From: Candidatus Giovannonibacteria bacterium
GTDB taxonomy: Bacteria; Patescibacteriota; Minisyncoccia; UBA11713; 2-01-FULL-45-33
NCBI GenBank assembly: GCA_016432405.1
Contig: CP066687.1
Coordinates: 515,065-579,064 of the forward strand
Reading direction: 5' to 3'
DNA: 64,000 nt
Both the position numbers and the translations under genes were made by a program. Shown here in pieces: positions 39,568-47,852 of this stretch; within the stretch, counting starts at the first letter, position 1; the number at the start of each line of letters is the position of its first letter. The notes under the pieces were generated by a model, which was not told the DNA's origin, ran no database searches, and saw nothing but the letters and a program-made list of their open reading frames with translations.

Positions 39568-40833
39568 TTACTTTAAACAAGATTGGTAAAGTTTGAGATG
39601 ATCTAAAACGAGACGGGGGAACAAAAACTTCTTCAAAACAGTTTTCCGCGCATATTCTCCCAACATTTTTCTTTTCTCGGGATGAGATAAAAGAAAAACT
39701 ATTTTTTCAGCCAAGTCCTCGGGGGTTTTCGCCACAAAGCCGTTTTTCCCGTCCCGAATCTGTTTGCGGATACCGGACGCCGTACCGCCGATCACCGGTT
39801 TCCGTTTCCACATAGCTTCCGTAACCACCAGGCCGAATCCCTCCTTGATAGAATTTTGAATAATCACATCGGCGGCGTTTTGCGCCATAACGGTAAATTT
39901 CAGAACGTCTTTGCCCTTCGCGTTAAAAAATAAAAAAATATCGCGGGATCTGCCGGCGACAGCGGCAATATCTTTGTAAATTGTAGAAGAAGCCGGGTTA
40001 TCATTTGCCGTATTGAAACCAACCAAAGCCAGCCGAGCTTCGGGATGCGTTTGTTGCACTATACGGAATGCCTGAATGACTCCGAGCGGATTTTTCCAAA
40101 TATCAAAACGCGAAACTTGTACGATAAGCGGGCAATCTACCGGTATGCCGCCGTGCTTTTTGAGATACAATCGCGCCTCGTTTAGAGCAACGATTTTCTG
40201 TTTTGGCGAGAGGGGGTCAATGGCCGGGGTGAAAATTTTCACTTTACGGCGAGGCAAATCGCCGTTGACAAAATCGCGGTTTGAAAAAACAATGCGGCGG
40301 TAAGACGCAATGCAGGGAAATAACTTTTTCCAAACGGGTCCGAAGACTGCGGATGTATCAATGTGACTGAAGTATATTTTGTGTTTATTGAGATGTGAAC
40401 GGCACCCTGCGAGAAGCGGCTGGGGATCGTTGATAACCAAAACGTCGCAATCGATTTTATCAAGTTCTCCGGCGATAAGTTTACTCGTTCGTTCGTACTC
40501 TTTCCATTCCTTGCCAGTTATTTTAACTGCCGCTCCTTGCATTGCGTCATGAATCTTATTGGTTACGGAGAAAAAACTATTGCCTATTTTTGGATTAATA
40601 ACATACCAGTCGCCTTCTATGCCCAAAGCACGCAGATAAGTGATCAAGCTTTGCAAAATCTCGGCCACTCCGCCGCCCTCTGCCGTCGCGTTTATATGCA
40701 CCACCCTTTTGCCCCGCATATAGGCGGCTTGCCTTACCAACTTTTTTTTCTGGGGCGCGGGAGGATATTTTAAAAAATCAGCCGGACGGATCTGTTTTGA
40801 AATGGAAATTTTTTCTAAAAATAGGGGCTTCAT
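39568..40833 (-). CDS. treT: GT4 glycosyltransferase, TreT-type trehalose synthase family
   Basis: HINATAEGGGVAEIL, NDPQP, QVSRFDIWKNP, EGFGLVVTEAMWK. Confidence 0.85.
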   Translation of the reverse strand: MKPLFLEKISISKQIRPADFLKYPPAPQKKKLVRQAAYMRGKRVVHINATAEGGGVAEILQSLITYLRALGIEGDWYVINPKIGNSFFSVTNKIHDAMQGAAVKITGKEWKEYERTSKLIAGELDKIDCDVLVINDPQPLLAGCRSHLNKHKIYFSHIDTSAVFGPVWKKLFPCIASYRRIVFSNRDFVNGDLPRRKVKIFTPAIDPLSPKQKIVALNEARLYLKKHGGIPVDCPLIVQVSRFDIWKNPLGVIQAFRIVQQTHPEARLALVGFNTANDNPASSTIYKDIAAVAGRSRDIFLFFNAKGKDVLKFTVMAQNAADVIIQNSIKEGFGLVVTEAMWKRKPVIGGTASGIRKQIRDGKNGFVAKTPEDLAEKIVFLLSHPEKRKMLGEYARKTVLKKFLFPRLVLDHLKLYQSCLK

Positions 40834-40888
40834 GTTTTTTATTATATCTCCAAACAATTTAAACGTGAAGAGGTGCTATAATAAACCT

Positions 40889-41029
40889 ATGATGGGATAT
40901 GGGTATGGGTTCGGGTCTATGATGGGAGGGGGCGGCCTTTTCGGGTTTTTCGGCGTGCTGACCTGGCTGGTCTGGCTCGCCGTGGGAATCCTCCTCGCCG
41001 TCTGGCTCTGGAAAAAAATCAACCAATAG
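40889..41029 (+). CDS. Small Met/Gly-rich single-TM protein
   Basis: MMGYGYGFGSMMGGGG followed by a TM helix; TATAAT just upstream. Confidence 0.75.
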   Translation: MMGYGYGFGSMMGGGGLFGFFGVLTWLVWLAVGILLAVWLWKKINQ

Positions 41030-41084
41030 TCGGGTAATCGCAAAAACCATTGCTTTTTGGGGCGTTTTCTGCTATCATAAGAGT

Positions 41085-41333
41085 GTGGTTAAACGTAAAG
41101 ACCCGGTATTGGAACAAAACAAAGCAGTCGTAACTCTTGCTGATTTTCTCGCCGCCTACAATAAGAGCGCGCCCGATGGTTTTCCGCGCGCGACTCCGGA
41201 GATTTTGCGGAGATTTCAAGCGGCGCACGCTTCGCTTTTTTCCGCCGGAGGCGGAAAAAACGCCAGAAATTGGTCAATAGAAAAACACAGAAAAAAACTG
41301 ATGGACTGGCTCCCCTCTTATCACGATGCTTAA
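41085..41333 (+). CDS. Hypothetical protein
   Basis: 82 aa; stop overlaps the helicase start. Confidence 0.7.
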   Translation: MVKRKDPVLEQNKAVVTLADFLAAYNKSAPDGFPRATPEILRRFQAAHASLFSAGGGKNARNWSIEKHRKKLMDWLPSYHDA

Positions 41334-42564
41334 TAGAAACAACCCTGCGTCTTTCTACGGCTTGGGCATCGCCCCGGCGCTTTTGGAAATTCTTGGGCGC
41401 CTCCATTTTAAAATTCCCACCCCGATTCAGGAGCGGGCGATTCCCGTCGCCAACGAAGGGAAGGATTTAATCGGCATCGCCCAAACCGGCACCGGCAAAA
41501 CCTTGGCCTTCGGCATTCCCATGATTCAGCGTATCGCCCAGACAAAAGCCAAGGGGCTGATTCTTTTGCCGACAAGGGAGCTGGCGCTGCAGGTTGATGA
41601 AGCCATCCGAAAAATCGGGCGCACTCTGGGTCTCAAAACCGCCGTGCTCATAGGCGGCGCGGCCATGCGGCCCCAAATAGACGCCCTCCGCCGCCAGCCG
41701 CACATTATAATAGGAACGCCCGGGCGGATTATTGACCACCTGGAACAAAAAACTCTTTCTTTGGAAAAAATCGCCATACTTGTTTTAGACGAAGCGGACA
41801 GAATGCTGGATATGGGTTTCGCGCCGCAAATCAGGATAATTTTAAACAAAGTGCCGAAAGCGCGGCAGACAATGCTTTTTTCGGCAACCATGCCGGACGA
41901 TATCGTGCGCATTGCCACCCAGCACATGAAGCTTCCCTTCCGCGTGGAGATCGCGCGGCCGGGAACGGCGCCTGAAAAAGTGGCGCAGGAATTATTTATC
42001 GTAAAAAAAGAAGACAAAAATAAATTGCTGGCGAAATTGCTTTCCGAATACCGCGGTTCGGTTTTGATTTTTTCGCGCACAAAATACGGCGCGCAGAAAA
42101 TCTGCCACGCGCTGCGGAACATGGGCCACCGCGCCGCTGAAATTCATTCCAACCGTTCGCTTGGCCAGCGCCGGGAAGCGCTGGAAGGGTTTAAGTCCGG
42201 CAGATACCGCGTGCTTGTGGCAACGGACATCGCCTCGCGCGGAATTGATGTCGTGGGGATTGAAGTGGTTATCAATTACGATTTACCTGATGACCCCGGA
42301 GATTATGTCCATAGGATTGGAAGAACCGGCAGAGCTGGCGCGCCCGGGCGGGCGATTTCTTTCGCCACACCCGACCAAAAAAGCGCCGTCCGCGATATTG
42401 AAAAACTTCTCCGCACGGCGATTGCCATATCAAAGCACCCGGAATTTTCGGAAGAGAAATTTATAGAATACAAAATTATCCCGCGTCATTTTTCACATAA
42501 GCGCTTCGGCCGGGGCTTTTCGCGCCCGTCCTACGGCGGCAGAGGCGGATTTTTCAGGAAATAA
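41326..42564 (+). CDS. DEAD-box RNA helicase
   Basis: AQTGTGKT, PTRELA, DEAD, SAT, HRIGRTGR. Confidence 0.97.
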   Translation: MLNRNNPASFYGLGIAPALLEILGRLHFKIPTPIQERAIPVANEGKDLIGIAQTGTGKTLAFGIPMIQRIAQTKAKGLILLPTRELALQVDEAIRKIGRTLGLKTAVLIGGAAMRPQIDALRRQPHIIIGTPGRIIDHLEQKTLSLEKIAILVLDEADRMLDMGFAPQIRIILNKVPKARQTMLFSATMPDDIVRIATQHMKLPFRVEIARPGTAPEKVAQELFIVKKEDKNKLLAKLLSEYRGSVLIFSRTKYGAQKICHALRNMGHRAAEIHSNRSLGQRREALEGFKSGRYRVLVATDIASRGIDVVGIEVVINYDLPDDPGDYVHRIGRTGRAGAPGRAISFATPDQKSAVRDIEKLLRTAIAISKHPEFSEEKFIEYKIIPRHFSHKRFGRGFSRPSYGGRGGFFRK

Positions 42565-42651
42565 AATAAAAGCCATTAAATAAATAAAAGTGTATAGGTT
42601 GACTCAAAAGTAAATAAACGCTAAGTTTTGGATAGAAACGGAGGTGCAGCC

Positions 42652-43023
42652 ATGTCAGTAAGAGGAATGATACGAAAGGAGCTTGAGAAAAAATTAAAGG
42701 AGCATCGGAAAGAGGCCTCCCGCTTGGCAAAAGACCTTGGCTACCTAAAACGCGCAAGATACCTCGCTTTCTACGTGTTCATCGGAACCGGATGGGAAGA
42801 ACGAGCCCCAAAAATTCACTTTAAGGCCCGCGGCGAATTGAAAAACGTAATGTGCGCCGCTCTTGAAGAATTCAAGCGCAAAAACGGCAATGGCGCCGCG
42901 CAGGGCAAATATGTATGCGTGGTAACGGCGCTACTGCCAAACGGCAATCCGGTTTTTATCCATGACAAATTTTTCAAGTCCTATCTTGAGAAATACGGCA
43001 AACCCTCCCAGCCCGGCGCCTAG
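42652..43023 (+). CDS. Hypothetical protein
   Basis: GGAGGT RBS before ATG 42652; terminator hairpin at the stop. Confidence 0.65.
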   Translation: MSVRGMIRKELEKKLKEHRKEASRLAKDLGYLKRARYLAFYVFIGTGWEERAPKIHFKARGELKNVMCAALEEFKRKNGNGAAQGKYVCVVTALLPNGNPVFIHDKFFKSYLEKYGKPSQPGA

Positions 43024-43076
43024 CTCGGGCTTTTTTTAATATGATAAAATAAGGAGATAATGTTAAAAACGTAATT

Positions 43077-43154
43077 ATGGACATAGTATCGCACAAGCTT
43101 TGGGGAAGCGCGGTGTTCGGAAGAAAAATTAAAAAACGCAAAAACGCGCTTTAA
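43077..43154 (+). pseudogene. Internally deleted paralog (25-codon mini-ORF) of the downstream membrane hydrolase
   Basis: MDIVSHKLWGSAVFGRK-IKKRKNAL versus MDIISHGLW...IKKRKNAL. Confidence 0.75.
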
Positions 43155-43849
43155 AATCTATACTACGCAAGTTGGACGATAGGCTAGAATACGTAGTATG
43201 CGTATTAAAAATAGAGAGGTGTAAAAAAAATAAAAAAGCAGTATCATTACCCAATGGACATCATATCGCACGGGCTGTGGACGGGGGCGATTGCCAAAGC
43301 CGCCAACGAAAAAATAAAAAAGCCGCTCAATTTCTGGGCGGCGGTTTGGTGGGGCGTTTCCCCGGATTTGTTCGCTTTTACTATCCCGTTTTTGGGGCTT
43401 TTGTGGAATTTTACTTTCCGCGGCGTGAATCTCGCGGACATCCCAGGACCGTCCGCAACCGAGCCGCCGTCCTCCGGCACTTTATGGATTTTCCAGCTCG
43501 CGACCGTACTTTATAACATCAGCCACAGCGCCATTATTTTTTTGATTGTTTTCGGACTGGTCTGGCTGGTTCTGAAGCGCCCGGTTTGGGAGATGGGGGG
43601 ATGGATTTTCCACGTTTTTCTGGACGTGCTGACCCATTCTTTTCGTTTCTTTCCGACACCGGTCTTCTGGCCGCTTTTCGGCTGGAAATTTAACGGCATT
43701 TCCTGGGCCAATCCTCAGTTTCTTGCCATAAATTATGCTGCCCTGATTTTGCTTTATCTCTGGTTTTTTGTAATTAAAAAACGCAAAAACGCGCTTTAAA
43801 ATCTATACTACGCAAATTGGACGATAGGTTAAAATACGTAGTATGCGTA
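43127..43849. repeat. 78-bp direct repeats (43127-43204 and 43772-43849) containing a palindrome
   Basis: 75/78 identical; includes tatactacgca...tacgtagtatg. Confidence 0.9.
43254..43799 (+). CDS. Membrane-bound metal-dependent hydrolase (YdjM-like)
   Basis: SHGLW, PD, SHS, HVFLDVLTH, WPL motifs. Confidence 0.8.
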   Translation: MDIISHGLWTGAIAKAANEKIKKPLNFWAAVWWGVSPDLFAFTIPFLGLLWNFTFRGVNLADIPGPSATEPPSSGTLWIFQLATVLYNISHSAIIFLIVFGLVWLVLKRPVWEMGGWIFHVFLDVLTHSFRFFPTPVFWPLFGWKFNGISWANPQFLAINYAALILLYLWFFVIKKRKNAL

Positions 43850-43867
43850 CTAATGAGTTAAAAAAAG

Positions 43868-44806
43868 CTAAACCTTAAGGTGGCGCTTCACCGCGAAGTA
43901 GGCCGAAAGCACGCCTAAAAGGACTCCCGAGATTAGCAAGATAAAGAAAATCTGGAAAATGTTTTCGGAAAAATACGTAAAAATATTGAATCCGCCGAAA
44001 AGCGCGGAGGTTCTTGCACCGGCAAACCAAAAAACCGGATAGAAAACCGCCAAAGTAAACGCCGCCGCTATCACCCCGTGTATCACCCCCTCAACCAAAA
44101 ACGGCCCGCGGATGAATTGGCGCGAAGCGCCGACCAATTGCATCACGGAAATCTCGTCGCGGGAATTGTAAATCGCAAGCCGCACGGTGCTGTAGGCGAC
44201 CATTAAGGATATTACCGACAAAATCAAGCTGACTGCAAGCCCGGCGCGGCGGGATGCGGCGAGGAGCGCCGAGAGCTTGTCAATCACAAACTGGTTTTGG
44301 CGGTAAGTTATTTTCTTCTCTCCCGAGTCGTCCGTATCCAAAATATTGTCGTACCGCCCGCTCTCCAAAAACTTGCTTATTGAGCCGTATTTTGCCGGGT
44401 CTTTCGCTTTTATCTCAATGCTCGGAGAAAACGGATTCTCGCCTACAACCTCCAAGGATTGCAAAATGATTTCGTCGCCCTTGTGCCGTTCCTTAAAAAC
44501 AACAAGCGCCTCCTCCGCCGAAACATATTTTACCGAGCGGACTTCCGGCAGCGCCTCCAAGTCCTTTTTGAGCGCCAAAATCTGCTCCTCTTTGGCGGAC
44601 GGCTTGAAATAAGCGCTGATGTCCACTTTTTCTTCCAAAGAAGAAATCACGCCGGAAAGAAATGAGCTCCCGACGACGACCGAACCGATCACAAAAATTG
44701 AAAGCGACATAACCAGCACCGTGGCCAAACTGACCACGCCGTTCCTGAAAAAATTAATCACCCCCCACTTCAGAATCCTTCTGAAAGTTATCTTATCCAT
44801 CGCCAT
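43868..44806 (-). CDS. ftsX: Cell division permease FtsX
   Basis: EISVMQLVGASRQFIRGPFLVEG; follows ftsE. Confidence 0.95.
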   Translation of the reverse strand: MAMDKITFRRILKWGVINFFRNGVVSLATVLVMSLSIFVIGSVVVGSSFLSGVISSLEEKVDISAYFKPSAKEEQILALKKDLEALPEVRSVKYVSAEEALVVFKERHKGDEIILQSLEVVGENPFSPSIEIKAKDPAKYGSISKFLESGRYDNILDTDDSGEKKITYRQNQFVIDKLSALLAASRRAGLAVSLILSVISLMVAYSTVRLAIYNSRDEISVMQLVGASRQFIRGPFLVEGVIHGVIAAAFTLAVFYPVFWFAGARTSALFGGFNIFTYFSENIFQIFFILLISGVLLGVLSAYFAVKRHLKV

Positions 44807-44813
44807 TATTCAA

Positions 44814-45494
44814 TTATAGCACATATCTCCCGCGCTGTTCGTCTCGGACGACTTTGCCTTTTTCCAGCGTCACCACCCGGCGCTCCAGAGAATTGATGAT
44901 TTCCTTGTCGTGGGTGGCCAAAATAACCGTCGTGCCCAAGTCGTTTATTTTTTCCAGAAGGCGGATTATATCCCAGGTATTTAAAGGGTCCAAATTCCCC
45001 GTCGGCTCATCGGCGATAACGACGTCCGGGCGGGTCACAATGGCGCGGGCGATGGCGACGCGCTGTTTTTCGCCGCCGGAAAGTTCGTGCGGGAAATGCC
45101 AGGCCTTGTCCATAAGTCCCACAAGCTCCAAAACCTGCGGAGCGTCCTGTTTTATGTCGTCATCGCCTTTTCCGGCCGCCTCAAGCGCGAACGAAACGTT
45201 TTCGTAAGCGGTTTTTTGCGGCAGGAGCCGGTAGTCCTGAAACACAACGCCCATTCGCCTGCGCAGCGCCGGGAGCTCTCCCGGAGGGACGGCGTGCACG
45301 TCGCTGGATTCAAAAAAGACCTTGCCCGATGTGGGCCGGTCTTCGGCCAAAAGCAGCTTCAAAAGCGTGGATTTGCCGGCGCCGGACTGCCCGACTATTG
45401 AAACAAACTCGTTCGGCGAAATCGCAAACGAAACATCCTCAAGGGCAATTGAGGTCGGAGAATAAACTTTTGAGACCTTATCAAAATAAATCAT
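44814..45494 (-). CDS. ftsE: Cell division ATP-binding protein FtsE
   Basis: [35 protein letters not shown]. Confidence 0.96.
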   Translation of the reverse strand: MIYFDKVSKVYSPTSIALEDVSFAISPNEFVSIVGQSGAGKSTLLKLLLAEDRPTSGKVFFESSDVHAVPPGELPALRRRMGVVFQDYRLLPQKTAYENVSFALEAAGKGDDDIKQDAPQVLELVGLMDKAWHFPHELSGGEKQRVAIARAIVTRPDVVIADEPTGNLDPLNTWDIIRLLEKINDLGTTVILATHDKEIINSLERRVVTLEKGKVVRDEQRGRYVL

Positions 45495-46558
45495 TTAATT
45501 CTGATTCTATAAAATTATCCAGCTCGCCCGCAAGTACCCCCTCAACATCGGCGGTTTCGGCGCCGGTGCGGTGGTCTTTCACCAATTTATACGGGTGAAA
45601 AACATAGGAACGGATTTGGTGGCCCCACTCGGCCTGCGGAATCTGCCCACCCCTCACCAACTTTTTCTCCGCTTCGGTTTTGGCAATTTCCAATTCATAG
45701 AGCTTCGCGCGCAAAATATCAAGCGCGGCCTTGCGATTTTGGGCCTGCGAGCGCTCGGCGCTCGCGTGCGCCGAGATGCCCGTGGGTTTGTGCAAAATCC
45801 GGACAGCAGTTTCCCTTTTATTCACGTTCTGCCCTCCGGGGCCGCCGGCCCTCGCGAAGCTTACCTCCAAATCTTCTTCTTTGAGCGGAGCTTCCGCTGG
45901 GTCGGTTATCTCCGGCAAAATCTCAACCAAAGCGAAGGAGGTGTGCCGTCTTTTATTCGCGTCATAGGGCGAAATCCGCACCAGGCGGTGCACGCCGTAT
46001 TCTTTCTTCAAATAGCCGTAGGAAAATTTTCCCGCAATCCTTGCGGCGGAGTTTTTTATGCCCCCGAATTCGTTCGGATGCGTGTGCAAAACCTTAAAGC
46101 TCCATCCTTTTCGGGCGGCGAATTTCTCGTACATTTTAAACAAAATGCCCGCCCAATCCTCGGCGTCGTCGCCTCCCGCACCCGCGAAAATCCGGAGGAG
46201 CGCGCTTCCTTTGTCATATTTGCCGGAGAAAAGTTCCGCGCGCTCCAAGGCCAGAAGACGGCTTTCCAGTTTTTTCGCTTCATCCAAAATCTCCGCCTTC
46301 GCGTCAAGCTGCGCCAGTTCCCAAAGCTCCTCGGCTTCTCCTATGATATCCTCCCAGGCCTTTACGTCAGCTTTGACCTCCGAAATTTCAGAGGAAATTT
46401 TCTGCGCCCTCGCCGAATTCTTCCAAAACTCGGGGTTTGACGCCTCCGCCTCCAATTTTAAAAGGTCTTCCCTTTTTTGGCGCAAGTCAAAGACGGCCCG
46501 CCGCGCGGCGGACCTTTTCTGTCAATTCCTGAATATACTTCCTGTCTTTCGCTTCCAT
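45481..46558 (-). CDS. prfB: Peptide chain release factor 2, with a +1 programmed frameshift
   Basis: ATG at 46558 reads MEAKDRK...GRL, then CTT TGA C; the +1 frame has HRLVRISPY and GGQ. Confidence 0.95.
46486..46492 (-). promoter_or_regulatory. prfB +1 frameshift site CTTTGAC
   Basis: In-frame CTT-TGA-C at codon 23, with GGCGGG shortly upstream. Confidence 0.92.
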
Positions 46559-46607
46559 ATTCAAAGCATATCATAAATCCCAAAAAAATGCTAGAAAAGA
46601 AGAGCGG

Positions 46608-46680
46608 GCCACCTTAGCTCAGTTGGCAGAGCAATGCTTTCGTAAAGCAGAGGTCCCCGGTTCGAATCCGGGAGGTGGCT
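46608..46680 (+). tRNA. tRNA-Thr(CGT)
   Basis: GCCACCT acceptor stem, loop ttCGTaa, GTTCGAATC. Confidence 0.95.
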
Positions 46681-46688
46681 AAAAAAGC

Positions 46689-46759
46689 GCGGGTATAGTT
46701 TAGTGGCAGAATGATTGCTTCCCAAGCAATAGATCGGGGTTCGATTCCCCGTACCCGCA
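46689..46759 (+). tRNA. tRNA-Gly(CCC)
   Basis: GCGGGTA acceptor stem, attgc-ttCCCaa-gcaat, GTTCGATTC. Confidence 0.95.
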
Positions 46760-46763
46760 TAAA

Positions 46764-47336
46764 TTATTTAATTTTCACATCCCCATCTTGCCAGTAAAAT
46801 CCCGGGTAGTAAATTTTCACTGCCGTGTTTTTTTTGAGCGCCAGCCAAGTCCCGGAGAGCTTTTCTTCGTCGCCTTTATAATAATCGGTAAGGGCGTCGC
46901 GCTTTGCTTGCGGCAACAAAACGAATTTTTTAAAATCCTCCAGTTTCAAGCCGTAAAGCTCTTCGGATGCTCTGCCCAAAGAGCTATTCTTGCCGTCTTT
47001 TAAAACCGTCTCCGCTATCTCCTCCGCTTTTTTAAAAATCCCCGGGTCGGTTTTTGAAATCATCTCGTCCAAAAAAAGATTATCCGCCAGCTCCGCCAAC
47101 GCCAGACGTTTTAATTCCCGCACTTGCGTCGCGGGCGCATCGCGCGCCTTGCTCCGGGGAGAAGCGCGCTCCTCAAAAGTTTTGAGCGCCCCGTAAACGC
47201 TCAAAAACTCGGCGTAGCTTGCCGCCCGCCCGCCCACTTTCAAAACCGGCAAAAAACTAAACCCCATTATTGCCGCGCCGCCCAACAAGAGCAAAACAAC
47301 CGCCAAAACAAAATATCCCTTTCTAAAAATATTCAT
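46764..47336 (-). CDS. Membrane-anchored hypothetical protein (SurA N-terminal-like helical domain)
   Basis: N-terminal TM followed by a helical region. Confidence 0.65.
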   Translation of the reverse strand: MNIFRKGYFVLAVVLLLLGGAAIMGFSFLPVLKVGGRAASYAEFLSVYGALKTFEERASPRSKARDAPATQVRELKRLALAELADNLFLDEMISKTDPGIFKKAEEIAETVLKDGKNSSLGRASEELYGLKLEDFKKFVLLPQAKRDALTDYYKGDEEKLSGTWLALKKNTAVKIYYPGFYWQDGDVKIK

Positions 47337-47343
47337 GCTCGCC

Positions 47344-47733
47344 TTAGAAAATTTTATCTTTCAACGCTTGCCATAAAACCCCGAACCATTTCCTTACCGA
47401 ACCTTCCGGCGACGACGCCTCCGCCTCGCCGAGAAAAATAACCACCGCTTCGCCGGGTTTTTTCAAATTAAACCGGCCCCTGGCGTCGCGGTCCGCGCCC
47501 TCTGGCGTTTCCAGCTCCGCGAGGCGCTCTTCATAATTTTTTCTGGATGCCTCCGCTTCGGCGATTTTTTTCTCCAAATCCTTGATTTCCCGCTTTAGCG
47601 CCAGCTCAACGTTGAATGTCTTCCAGGCGCCCGCCAAAGCCACAAACATCAACGTCCCCACGATTAATATTACCGGCCAGGAGAAAATTGACCGCTCAAT
47701 CTCTTTTTCTTCTTGAAAATCGCGCAACGCCAT
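47344..47733 (-). CDS. Septum formation initiator (FtsB/DivIC family)
   Basis: TM, coiled coil, ARGRFNLKKPGE. Confidence 0.85.
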   Translation of the reverse strand: MALRDFQEEKEIERSIFSWPVILIVGTLMFVALAGAWKTFNVELALKREIKDLEKKIAEAEASRKNYEERLAELETPEGADRDARGRFNLKKPGEAVVIFLGEAEASSPEGSVRKWFGVLWQALKDKIF

Positions 47734-47750
47734 GATACTCTATTTTTATC

Positions 47751-47852
47751 ATGAAATTCGGCTCAAAAAAAGCAAAAATGGTGTGGAATACGATAACGGT
47801 AATCGCCGTCATCGCCATGCTGGCGTTTTTGATAGTGCCCTACTACATCTAA
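47751..47852 (+). CDS. Small single-TM protein (33 aa)
   Basis: MKFGSKKAKMVWNTITVIAVIAMLAFLIVPYYI fills the gap and abuts the lepA stop. Confidence 0.6.
   Translation: MKFGSKKAKMVWNTITVIAVIAMLAFLIVPYYI

Noticed and set aside
46486-46558. prfB as a pseudogene or sequencing error
   Set aside because: CTT-TGA-C is the well-known autoregulatory +1 frameshift.
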